Made by a program: the position numbers and the translations under genes
Assembly (NCBI RefSeq): GCF_009914755.1
Contig: NC_060926.1
Reading direction: 5' to 3' (one strand)
Length of the DNA stretch: 64,000 nucleotides
DNA from: the human T2T-CHM13v2.0 reference genome, Homo sapiens
Notes under the pieces: model-generated
What the model was told of the DNA's origin: nothing
What the model saw: the letters and a program-made list of their open reading frames with translations, nothing else
Databases searched by the model: none
Part shown: positions 13,291 to 26,209 of the stretch, piece after piece
Layout: each line of letters begins with the position of its first letter
How positions within the stretch are numbered: the first letter of the stretch is position 1

Positions 13291-15810
13291 ATTCTGAGCC
13301 AGGCCAGAACCTGACTTTCTGTGTGATTCAACCATTGCCCAACACACCTGAGTGATGGTGCAGACCCATACAAGAAGCATGAAGTTATGCACTTGAGTCT
13401 CCAAACTGTGATTCACAGTCCTGACAATATTTCCTGTGTGTGTAAGAGACCACCCTCTCCAAAGTCAACTGGAACAGTTTAAGACATCACAAGTGACCCA
13501 TGGAGAAGCCAAGCTTCCTTGCCTAACAAAGAAGCTGATACGTTGTTGAACTTCTAAAGGCACTTGGGGGAGGTGGTTTTTAATACAAAGTCACTTCTGA
13601 GCTTGTGGTTTGGTAAATTTAAGTCTTTTCCAAACAAGGCAGCCAGGCTGGCAAAGTGATCCTTTTTCATCCCCTCTAGGCACTGATTCAGTTCTCTGAA
13701 GCCTCCCTGCTTTCGCTCTTCCTGAAATGTCTTTCATCCACCAGTCTATGATTGGACATTGGAGTCCTATAGATCCAGGTTCAAATTCTAGCTCCGCCAT
13801 GCATTAATTGTATGCTCTTATACAAGTTACCATAAGCGTTCTGAGCCCCAGGGAGCTCCCCTAATCCTGATTGCTCGGTGATTGCTGAGCAGGAGATGAA
13901 ATTTGTGAGGTGTTCCATTAAGTGCCTTCTCCATCGCCAGCACTCAATATTAAATAGCTATTTTTCTTAGGTGAGATTCTAGTTTAAGAATGAAGGTTTG
14001 TAATTCTCTACCAAAAAACCAAAGTAAAGTACTGAAAGGTTTCACAATAATACATCTTTTGATTTTCAGGATAACCATGAATTAGAGTTTTCTTACTCAC
14101 ATTAATTAAACCTGACACCTGAGTACCCACTTGATTTCCACACCCAGCTGTGGAATTCCACAGTAACTTATAATTAATAGACAGTTGCTTATAAGAGATT
14201 TGGAACTTGAATTCAGAGCAAAAATAAGTAGAGAAGCCCCATGACAAAGGGAAGAGTTGCTGATACTGGGCCCTTTTCTCATGCTGACGAGTTTGGAGGG
14301 TAAATGGCCATCTTAATGGTATCATCTGACTGCATTTTGTGCTGCCGAGATTGTGCTGAGTGGAAATTTCCCTGGAAGTAGCAAGAGTGGCTTAGTTTCA
14401 TTACAGTGAAAGAATTGGCCAATGTTGGGGCAGGTTACTGACAATGGGTGTGGAATCTGTTTTAGGAGAAGTTAAAAAATCATGACAATAAAGTATGTGA
14501 TGAGATTACCCCTTCCAGGCTATTGCAAGTGTAGACATGCCTGCAGCTTGAAAGAGAGTTTGTCTCAAGCACAGTGAAGGACTAGGTTCACTTGGTTAAT
14601 TCTTCAACCCTAACTCAGTATCTTTTAACTGAATTTGAAAGATCATCTGGCACTTTCCAGATTCTGGAAATTTTCCAATTTTCAAGTTTAACTTGACTTT
14701 TTAAATCAATCTGGGGTTAATTTATGTGTTAATTCTTTTATTATTATTATTAGCAATAGTCTTATTATTATTTATTATAAAGCAACTTTAAAGGGAAAAT
14801 TTTAAAATTATCTTTAATTTTCCTGCAGTTATTTTAATTTTGGAATTTTTTTTGGCCTTTGTTTACCTACTTACTTGTTAATCAGCCATCACAATGAATC
14901 TGAAAGAGCTTCATTATTATGTCTGCTTTATTAATGAATAAGTTGAAGATAATGCAGTTAATTAACGTTGCCCTAAGTAACACATGTAGTAATTGGCCAA
15001 ATCAGGAAGAAAAATCAGGAATTATCTCAAGCCTGCTCTGTCTCCCTACTCCCTGCTGTGATGTTGGCCACACAACCTGGTGCTTAATGGATATAGGTAA
15101 CATTATCTTATGCACTATTACTTTAACTCAAAATCAGAAATAATAGCAGTCTGGAATAATATCAACAAAAACTCCCCAACCAATCCCTAGAAGAAAACCA
15201 TTAAGATTTTGTCAACTCTGAAGACAATGTTGTACGAACTTTCTAATTATGAGAGGAGAAATAGAGAATTAGTGTGACTAATAGAAATAGCTGTTTTTAT
15301 TGGGGAAAAAAGCTCCAACTTGAACCAGACCAACTGAGACTCCTTAATATTGCTGATTGGATATTCCAAGCCACTTACTGATCATTTAGTTATAAAGTCT
15401 TCTCATTGTTCTTGTCAGTAATCCCACTGAGTATCCCATTAAACTAAATGTAGAGTTAAACACCTGGGAGGCAAGTGTTAATAAAGTGTAATTTGTAGAA
15501 GGAAAAGAAAAACAACTTCTATATGCTTACTATGAATAGCATAAAAAGGGATGGTTGCCTTCCATTTGGGAGTCAACACCATATGAAAGATGACACAATG
15601 AGGTAAAGAGTGAATGCTACAGCCCTTGGAACTGTCAGAAGAGTCTATTTCACTCATATATTTTTCTAGAATACCAAGTAGAAGGAGGCAGACTTGGGAA
15701 GATATGCATCAGCCACACTGGAGGGAGTTCCGACCATGGGACTGCTCAGAACTCTAGCTTGGCTCCTAACCAAGTTTGAAATGATCACAGCCACAGCGCT
15801 AATTGAATTA

Positions 15811-15831
15811 ATTTGCTTTTCTTCAGGCAGG
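15811..15831 (+). promoter_or_regulatory. VSNL1: 3' splice acceptor and 5'UTR part of the VSNL1 first coding exon
   Basis: Pyrimidine tract atttgcttttctt followed by CAG (AG at 15825-15826). A second CAG (AG at 15829-15830) lies just before gATG. Confidence 0.85.
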
Positions 15832-15993
15832 ATGGGGAAGCAGAATAGCAAACTGGCCCCTGAAGTGATGGAGGACCTGGTGAAGAGCACAGAGTTTAAT
15901 GAGCATGAACTCAAGCAGTGGTACAAAGGATTTCTCAAGGACTGTCCAAGTGGGAGGCTAAATCTCGAGGAATTTCAGCAGCTCTATGTGAAG
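15832..15993 (+). CDS. VSNL1: Visinin-like protein 1 (VILIP-1), first coding exon: residues 1-54, with the N-myristoylation motif and the non-Ca-binding EF-hand 1 region
   Basis: Translates to [54 protein letters not shown], which I recognise as the VILIP-1 N-terminus (neuronal calcium sensor family; MGxxxS motif; CPSG loop of EF1). Acceptor is tttgcttttcttcag| (exon starts 15827, leaving 5 nt of 5'UTR, gcagg, before the ATG). Donor is AAG|gtaagt at 15993/15994. 162 nt, phase 0. Confidence 0.97.
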
Positions 15994-15999
15994 GTAAGT
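15991..15999 (+). promoter_or_regulatory. VSNL1: 5' splice donor of the VSNL1 first coding exon
   Basis: AAG|GTAAGT is a consensus donor, located exactly where similarity to VILIP-1 ends. Confidence 0.95.
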
Positions 16000-16380
16000 T
16001 GTTTTTCAACCTTGTTTTTATTCCTTAGGCCAGAAACTATGGCCTTCATGAAATTGTACCCTCACATGGAATTATAACTCTAAGTAGCTAGTTTGTTTCA
16101 ACTCTGGCTGTTTTCCATCCAGAAAGAAAAATTAACATTTAAAAATGCAAATGTATATATGTTGTTCCCAAAATAAGCAATTTCTGAACAAAAAGAGTAA
16201 TTGTTAAATCAAAGCACTGAATAGAGCTCAAGGAATGACAGCATCTGGTGAAAGAACCATAAAAAGCTCAGAGAAGAGTGTTTGCTGATAATTATTGACA
16301 GTTTGCTAATTACAGCATTATTTGGCCTGTTAAAGGTATATGTACTTCTCCCAGTTAAAGAAAAAGTACACAAGAGGGCT

Positions 16381-16396
16381 TTTTCTCTCTCTCTCT

Positions 16397-16428
<32 letters not shown>
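16381..16428 (+). repeat. (TC)n plus poly(T) pure pyrimidine tract, 48 nt
   Basis: Read directly: tttt(ct)8 followed by 28 T. Confidence 0.95.
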
Positions 16429-16431
<3 letters not shown>

Positions 16432-16879
16432 AGAAAAGATACTCCTGTATCCAGATAAGAACCCAGATTCCCACAACAGAACATTTAGAAAAGGGGTGGG
16501 GGAGTGTAGCGTATCTCTGGTCAGCAATGTCTACAACATAGACAATAACTCAACACTGTACACTACTCAGAAGCTAAACTTTCCCTGAACATTACACAGA
16601 ACAGTCCCATAAAAGGTACAATTTCTACTGCAGTGGTATTGTTTTGGCTTGTCTGAGTCTACAAGTTGTATTGGTTCTAGATTGGGCTGATCTAAGACAT
16701 TCCACTTCGTGTATACTTATGTAATGTTACACAAGTGAAAGAAATACATTTTTAAAACTTTTTCTGATTAAAATACCAAATAGAAAAATATTGCTTTATA
16801 TCATTTAATTAGCAAATGTTGATTTGAGCAATATTGAATCACCCAGATGTATATATGTGTATGTGAAATGATTGAATAA

Positions 16880-17400
16880 AATATTAAGCATTATCATTAT
16901 GTGCTGAAGCTGAACATTTTCTATAACCTATGATCCAGCAATTCCATTCTTGTACTGTACAAGAAGGGGCATGTGTAAGAATACTCATAGCTGCACTATT
17001 CACAATGGTAAAACTGGGAAACAACCCAAGTGCCCATCAAAGGGAAAGTGGAAAATAAACAGTGGTATATTTGAACAATATAACATTATATAGCAGTCAA
17101 AATACTTGAACTGTAACAACACTAAGATATTAAAAAAGCAAGTCTCAAAAGATTCTAAAGGAAATAGAAATTTTTAAAAATGTGTTTTATAGGATTACCA
17201 ATAAATGCAATAAAATCATATAAAAAGAAAAGCAGGGAAGTGATGAACCCAAGATTCAAACGAAAAGTTACTTCAAGTGGGGAAGACCAAGGGATGAAAT
17301 TGGGGGTATGGCCATGTGGTTAGATATATATTGTGTTCAAAGTCATAACTGTTGCAAGTGTTTATTGCATCATTAAAAGCTCACTAATCAACAGAATAAG
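16880..17400 (+). mobile_element. Old L1 (L1M/ME) 3' fragment
   Basis: tatgatccagcaattccattctt...gcactattcacaatggtaaaactgggaaacaacccaagtgcccatcaa, the L1 ORF2 C-terminal/3'UTR signature. Confidence 0.75.
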
Positions 17401-19319
17401 TAGTGTGCATTTTATACGATCACTGTGACATTTCTAAGAAGATCTGGGTAATCAATTATTAGCATGCCAAGATCTTTTCTATAGAAGTGCTGAGAAAGTG
17501 CATCTATTACTCAATTGATGTCTATTGCTTTTGCAGAGAAGTGGGATAGTATGTATTTCCTAGATAACCATACTACTCTCCCTAGTTTTCAATGTCATGT
17601 CTTCTATTTTATCACCTAGGGGCTAGTCCATGCCTTGGAACTATCTCTATTCTCAACCACAAAGAAAGTACAGACAAACAAGGTTTTTCAAAGTCACTTT
17701 CATATCACTAAAGGCCATGCAAGCTGTCACCCTATGATTAAGAGAGCACCGTGTGCCACGTTCCTCACTATTTGTTTAAAATGAGAGGGGTATTGCCTTT
17801 GAAGAAATAGTTGAAATGCAGGAAATGAGGTATTTTATTTACACACTGGAAGTATGTAGCACTGAAAAAGCACCAGCCTCAAGGTGAGGGGTCATGTAAA
17901 CATTAAGCATGCCTTGGCGTTTTATGGTACAACTGATATATATGCACCAAAATCATCTCCCACCTCCCCATCTCACTCCTAGAGTGGGTTTTTTATTCCA
18001 GGAGGGGAATATATGACTTTCTGAACTTAGGTCTATATTTTTGGCAAACTCTTATTCCAACTCTGCCTGTACTCTTATATCAAATAGAAAGCAGGCAGTC
18101 TTTTTCTCCTTCTAGAGTTGTCCAAGGACAGAAAAAAACCGCAGCAGAAATATGCCACGTACACAGAAAAAAGAAAGGCGGATCTGATAAGCTGGAAAGG
18201 AGAAGCCTGGAAAAAGATGTGGATTATGTAATAGGCCCAGAAGATGGGCTGATGAGAAAAAGCTTCTTTCAATGTTTCTGGAAAAAAATGCAAATATTCA
18301 GCAAGACACGGTCATTATCCTGGTGAATGGGCACATTCAGTGATTCCTTCTATCTTTGGTGCAGAGATTGAGGCATCTTGGGATGCAACTGAGGGAGCAA
18401 AGCTGACTGCAGCCTCTGCCCTCCTGTGTGTGCAGTCAACCTGGCACATCCCCTCTTGCTACCAGACCCGTTTCCCTTTCCAGGGGGAAGTCAACTCGGT
18501 TGCTAAAAAACAAGTTCTGATGAGTGTTTAAGGAGGAGCAGGATAATGGGAGTGGCTCCGCTGCAAGGCCAGGGGCCACAGTCTCCCAACTTTAAAAGCC
18601 CTTGCATTCCAAATGTGAAGGAACTCCTTCAGCAGATATATTTTTAAAAGCATTTAAAACTGAGGTTTAGAGAAATGAGGCAATTTGCCCAGCAACACAA
18701 ACTGAATGTGGAACAGACTTCAAAGACAGGAATGCTGACTCCCACTGCAGCACATAGCTCTGCCTCTCAGCCAAACTCCCAGGGCAGCTCCTCATTAACA
18801 CCCTCCAGCCCATCCACCATACAGCTGCTGGAGTGAGATTTGTAAAACACAGATCTGAACATGGTCCCTCCCAGCTAGATGCAGGCTTCACTCTTTAGTC
18901 ATGAAGACACAGTCACCTCATTTCAATCAATGTTAAGACCCAGCGGCTAGCACAGGGCCTGCCACGGAGCAAGTGTGGGTAAGCATTTCTTGCCTGAATG
19001 TAATAAGTGCTGGCTGTACATCTCCTTCTTAGGCAGCCTTGTGATGGAGGCATATAAAAGTGACTATGGGACAGTCCTGCCTGCCCTCCCGAATTTCACA
19101 GGCAAGTTGGGAAGATGTGATTCACCACAATGTAATGTGTAATGACAGAAATGTTTGGTGGTAGGGCAAGAGTAGAAAGCAGAGAGGTTGATTTCAAAAT
19201 GGAATATTAAAACAAGAAGTTAATTAATGCAGTGATGAGAGGAAGACTTTTCTATTAACCTTTTAGAAAACAAAATTGTCCCCTAGCAGATAGCTCTTTC
19301 CCTTTTCAAGCTTGCTGCC

Positions 19320-19874
19320 TGTTATCAGCTGAATAATATTCCCCCAAATTCATATGTTGAAGTCCTAACACCCAGTACCTCAGAATGGGACTGTATTTGC
19401 AGACAGATCCTTTACAGAGGTAATAAAGTTAAATGAGGTCATGAGAGTGGGCCCTAATCCAGTGTGACGTGTCTTTAGGAGAGGAAATTTGGACACAGAG
19501 ACATACATAGGAAAGGCCACGGGAAGGCACAGGGAGAAGATGGCTGTCATCTACCAGCCAGGGAGAGAAGCTACATTTATTGGTAATCCTATAAAGTGCA
19601 TTCTTTAAAATTTGTATTTACTTTAGAATCTTTTGAGACTTGCTTTTTTAATGTCTTATTGTTGCTACAGTTCAAGTATTTTGACTGCTGTATAACGTTA
19701 TATTGTTCAAATATACCACTGTTTATTTTCCACTTTCCCTTTGATGGGCACTACTTGGGTTGTCAACACATTCTCTTGGACTTCCAGCTTCCAGAACTGT
19801 GAGAAAATAAATATCTTGATTTAAGCCCCCCAGTCTGTGGTGCTTTGTTATGGCAGCCTGAGCAAATGAATATA
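19320..19874 (+). mobile_element. MLT1B-like MaLR solo LTR, interrupted at 19573-19763
   Basis: tgttatcagctgaat...aaattcatatgttgaagtcctaac...gggccctaatccagtgtgac; resumes with ttggacttccagcttccagaactgtgagaaaataaa...tttgttatggcagcc. Confidence 0.85.
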
Positions 19875-22139
19875 ATTCTTATTCCTTCTCTGTTGTCACA
19901 TGCGTTCTCTGTGCCCTCTACATCTGATAGAAAGATGCCTTCTGTCCCAGATGTCTGGAACTCCCTGGACACGTAGGGATTTCTGTGTGTCTGGCCACAG
20001 AAGTCATAGCAGATGTTTCATCATCCCCACCACAGCACTGCTGCTGATAGGTTGGGAAGAAAGCGTTTGAATTTTGTCACCAAGAACCAAGTACCTGATC
20101 ACCCCCCAAGGGAATTTCCTATTTTCAACAATCATTTTGATTGCCAATCCATCACAAATTAAGATGGGCAGTTTGCAATTTTAACTGTATTTTCACAGAA
20201 TTGGCCACGGTTTAATGAGAAAATCAACCCAGGGGAAGAGCAAGCAAGTGTGTAGGGAAGAAGTGTCTCCATCCCAGGGTCCTCTACCTTGGAGAGTTGG
20301 TGCCATTGCTATTTTGCTTAGCCACTGTGACATCAAAGCCAAAGAAATCAAGAAACAAACCTAGAGGAATCCTGCAAAGAGCCCTAAGTGGATTTTAATT
20401 TATGTTTAGAGTTTGACTTTCAAGATTATTTTCATCAGGAAACATTTGGGTTGGTTTAGGTTCAGTTGAAAAGGCAGTCACAGAGTTGTTTAAAAAAAAT
20501 GGGATTTGGAATCTGACAGATGTGAGAGTCATTCCTAGCTGTGTTACATTTACCAAATCTCTGCCGGTTTGAATTTGTTTCCCTGTCTATAAGGTGGAAA
20601 TAATAAGACCCGTTTTATCACCTCACATAGCGGAGTCTTAAAGGAAAGAAGGGAAATGAAAACTATTTATGACATATCAAAAGTTGTGTTTGCTGTCCTG
20701 ATTGACGATCCTCTCATTTACACTTACACAGCCAGGATGAAAATAAGTTTCATTTCACAGGCCACGTACGATGGCAGCACCAAATGGTGCACAGAGGAGG
20801 GTGAGAGACTCTATGAAATTTCAACAGGAAAATGTGCCCTAGTCAAATAGTGATGTCTACCGTGTATTCTTGTGGGTTTGGGGGCAGTGGTCATGGCAGG
20901 ACATACTATGAGGCAGTGTCATCCCTATTCCCATCCTGGATTCTTAGACACCGAACTCTGTGTCCCCTAAGCACAAACCCTTCCCCAGCTCCCGCTGCCA
21001 GATAGGATGAAGATGGCACTTAAGGCCTTCTTTACCATTTCCTACCAATCTCTCAATGTCCTGACCCTCATGCCCCTCCTCCAGAAAGGAGACTTCCTTC
21101 CTCAATTCTACTGCTTATTATTTTGCAGATGAGGGGAGAGGTCCTCAGAGGCCACTGAGTACCCAAGGGTTGTTCTATTGGGCTCTGGCCCACCTCTCCT
21201 GAGCCTCAGCTTGTGCCATTGCTCCAAATTTTCTTCTTAGAAAAGTCTTAGGCCACTGACAGGTGCACCTGAGACAGGTGAGAGAGCCCTAGAGTCCAAT
21301 TTGATCATCATTGATTTAACAGTTTGAATTTTAATAAAATATATTTGCATATAACAAGAGTTCCTACCAAGTCATTCCCTGTCCCTCTAGGTGGTCATTT
21401 CCTGAGGAGTTTCTGTATTTTGCTCATTAGAAAACATGCTTCCAGCTTTTCTAGCTAAGAGCAGGCTTATCCATTGGTTCATTCATTCACTTGAGACCCA
21501 TTTTCTCTGTGCTTTCTGTGGGACAGACAGTTTATTGGGCATTGCCTTCAATTGCCCTGAGCAAGCTCAGAGCCTGGAGGAATTGGTGTATCATCTTATT
21601 TTTGAGTAATGCTTTTCACTTCACCAAACCATCTTTATTTTTACAACAAAATATACTGGTGGAATTCCCTTCAATGAGAAATTTTCCAGGCCTAAGGCAT
21701 TGAAAATACAAATTTACTCACCAAAATTTTGTTGATACAACTACCCAGGAATATGTACTAAAACAAAATAAGAATAAATGTTATTATAGGACCAGCACCT
21801 AAATATTTGATGGTAAAAATCTTTTAATAGAATAAGAAATATTTTTCTAGTTAATAGATATTATGAAAACATTCTGTAATTCTCTGTGTGGTTTTAGAAT
21901 TCTACTTCTAAATTGTGCCCCTGGGCTTAAAAACCTACTACGTGGAATAAAAGGCATTCTTCCTAAAGTTGTACACAAACATATAATAATTATAGGATTT
22001 TAGGTGCATAACCTCTGTCTTATAGAATATGAAATAAAATATATAATCAAGGTCTGCACTGTTTGCTGTGGGATTTGAACAAGTGCCTTTGTTTTTCTGG
22101 TTCTAAGTTCAGCATCTGTGCAAATGAAAACATTGGTCT

Positions 22140-22490
22140 ATGTAGGTGGCTTTCAAACTGTAACGCATCTCAGAATCACTTGGGTTGACTGCTCAGTTGG
22201 CAGATTGCTAGGCCCCTTCCTCAGGTTGCTAGTTCACTGGAATTAGAGACCCAATATCTGTATTCTTAGTAAGACCTGCCAGGTGGTTCTAAAGGACAAA
22301 ATCTATAAGTGACATTTTGAAAAACACTAATCTAGGTCTTAACCTGGAAGTATGTTTAAATAGGCTTCAGGAGTTCTGCCCACACTGAAGTCGCAAGTAA
22401 AATTTTATATATAAACTCTCTTGGGGTAGCTTTAATCAGATTCATTGAGGATTCTGTAGTCCCAAGAAAGGATAAGAGTCACTAAAAGTG
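22140..22490. mobile_element. Two adjacent hAT-Charlie MITE remnants (MER5-like plus a second MER)
   Basis: catctcagaatcacttggg...cagattgctaggcccc...ttttgaaaaacact, then tcttaacctgg...gctttaatcagattc...aaggataagagtcact. Confidence 0.55.
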
Positions 22491-25102
22491 TTTCTAACCA
22501 TTGGCAGACGTAACATTCTAGGTTCCATAACAGTGGTTATTGAGTCTTAATTGGCACTAAGACAAATGCAGCAAAATCCCCTTCTAAGTTATACTTTCAA
22601 ACAAACTTCACTGGCATAAGAATACAAATAAAAGCTTCCAGGCTTTGTTTTGTTAAATTGGTTTTTACTATGTAGATGATGTTTGACTGATTCATTTATG
22701 GCCCACCAATCAAGCTTTATTTTGTCTATAGCTCCACGCTAATGCAGAGGGAGTCTCCAGTGGGATAAAACGCAGCCCCTGCTTTGCAGTCCTCCTGAGC
22801 ACTTCTATGTGCCAGGGGCTGTGTAGGCCCTGGGTCTGCAGAGGAAAACACCACAAATCCCTGCCTAGGTGACTATGGTCTGGTGCCATCCAGAAACCTA
22901 TAGTCAAGATAGGGTAAAAAAATACATATATGAACAGCTATCACACTGGGTTGATTGTGATCAGGAACAGGAAAGACAAGGAAGGGCCTGGAGGGTCAGA
23001 GAGGGCTGGTTAGGAAGGTGACATTCAAGCTAATCCACAAAAGAAGGTGAATTTGAACATGAGGACCCATCAGTCTGTCTAGAAACTAAAAAATCTCATT
23101 GACTAAGACAATAAAAATTTGAATTTAAAAATGATTATTGTGTTTTTGAGCCCCTGTTCCTATTGTGTTGGCAGGAGGCCCACTGGGTCAAGTATGTTAG
23201 GTTGAAACAAAAATTCAAAAATCAAAAATAATCAAAAACGTCTTGGCAGCCTTGCTGAGATCAACAACCTGAAAACAATCTGTGGAAGAAAAAGCTTGAA
23301 TACTTCTGGGGCTTCTGCCATAGGTCTCTCCCTTGTTTCTCAGTCCCTCTTTTCTCTCTTGTTCTCTCTCTCTTGTCTTCTTTATTCCCTTCCTTTCCAA
23401 TTATTCTAACCCCTGTCAGTCTGACCAGTGGCTTACTTGATTTCACCAAGGCCTATGAAATCGATCTTAGAGATAGCATTTCCTTCACTTTAAGCCATAG
23501 AGGTTGGGAAGTCAGGAGACTTGGCTGAGGTTACAAAGTGGTGAGTGGAGACAAACACCTGAGTCACTCAGCCCAGCCTTCTTGCCACCTTTTCATGCTT
23601 CCTGTGTCCTGGGAGTCACATTCAGGAGCAGGCATCTGGGAGGTTCTCCAGTTTATCTTGTGGTAGAGCAGAATGCACATCATGTTGCTCCATCCTAGCC
23701 ATCTTTCCAGGATCAGTTCAAAAGCTTCTCCCTGGGAAATCATTTCTTGACCTCTCCAATTCCCAAAGCCAAAAGAGTCTCTTCCCTCTGTGTTCCCAAG
23801 ACTTTGGTGTGCATCTGTCCCAACTTTTAGCAAGGACATTCTGTTCTGCAACCTGAATACAGGTAAATGCAGTGTGATTTTAATTAGAAGCCTGGATGTG
23901 CACCTGGTTCTGCCATACACTAGCAGTGTGAATATGGGAAAGTCCTTTATGCTTAAGGTTTGTTAAATAAATCCACAGACCACTCTGCCCCTCAGTTTTC
24001 TCACCTGTCAAATGAGAATAACACTCTGGGCCTTGCTTATTTCGTGGGCTCTTGTTGAGATAGGAGGGTGGTGAGAGCAAAAGTGCTTCATAAGCATTGA
24101 ATCATCTTGCACAGGTGAGGCTTATCAGTGACTTGGTGTTAGGTACCTCAGCATGGGAGGATATCCAGATGCCAAATAGTCCAGTTTATTGGGCTGTGGC
24201 ATCAAGAATTTTCTCTCATCAGATATTTTATCAAAAGAAAATGTGACAGAGATGACTACTGCCTCTTCTCAACATCTGATTCAAATAATTTTGAATATAA
24301 AACATTTCAAAAAAGATTTGGGGATGACCAGTTTTTAGGGATTCAGATTCTGTTTGTTACTAAGATGTGGTTAGGAGCAGACTTTATTAAAAATTCATTG
24401 GGCAGAGCTGTATATAGAAGGGTTTTAATTCCTTAAGGAATAGACATTACATGAAATACATAATGTCATCCAGACAGGGCTAGTGAGGATGTTGCAATTT
24501 TTAGCATGTATTTCCACTTGGAATGTTTGCCAATATGATTGAGGCTGCATTCAACTTGAATTAATGGGGAAGACAAGAGCTGGGGTCTGAAATCTCAAGG
24601 AAAAGACAATAATAATCTAGAGTTCTGAGAAAACAAGGTCCCATGTGAGGCTCCAACAGTATTTTATTATGGTGATATTGTCTCAGGGAATAGCTAGCTA
24701 CCAGCATTAGAGACAGCAATTACCCCACAGGGGTCAAAATGATAACCTTCCCCTGTCTCCAAGGGTGTGAAGTTATTTTGGATGGCTTCCACACCTTGGG
24801 ATTTTGCTTTCCCATGGTAGGGCAGGTGTCATTTAGAGAGATATCAGTGGTTATTGTGACTGTGGCATCCTGAAGGAATTGCTCTTAGATGGCACCTCAA
24901 CCTCTCTGCCCTCAGGATAAGGTTGGAAAGAGCCCTTTAGAAGTCTCTCAGTCCACTCCCTCCCCCATTTTACAAATAAGGACATTGAAGCCCTTGAATG
25001 AGGGTTTAAAGCTAGAAGGATGTGCTGTCCCGTTAGTTATTCTCTGCAGCAGATTGCTCAAGGACACTCCATTTCTAATTGCAATAGAAGAAATGTCAAA
25101 GC

Positions 25103-25706
<604 letters not shown>

Positions 25707-26209
25707 AGGAAGAATTAGCACATTTCTATTACAGAATTGGACTTGAACATGCAAAATCATGTCTGGATTTCTCAGTGAAAAGCTGTTTTACGTTAGTGGA
25801 CTCTTCTAACATTTTGAAATGGTGATCTGGATTTGGGATCTGGCTATCACTGACCCACCTTGGGTCTGTGAATGACCAACTCACCTAGGTGGGAGTCAGT
25901 TACCCCTGCCCTCCAGTGGCCCATGGAGCACCTGCGGGAAGAAGGCTTTCTGTCTTACTGATTCTTCCATCTTTGGTGTCCAATTGGAAGGATTCCTGGG
26001 CCATTGACTGTTTCTCTCTGAGGGTTGTTATGAAGCTTGTGGCTCCATTCTCATGACTACTGTGATATTTCTGTGAATCTGACCCTGCCCTGAACTCCAG
26101 GTCAGCTTCTCCCCTCACAGGTGAAATCCAGTCCTATTATAACTGGGGGAGTGATAGACAGATTTTGGGCTATTTTACGACCAACTTTCCCTGTCTAAAA
26201 TGTCAAAGC

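Noticed and set aside
15994-16077. ORF track extends VSNL1 past K54 ([10 protein letters not shown]...)
   Set aside because: Read-through of the consensus GTAAGT donor into the intron; similarity to VILIP-1 stops at the donor.
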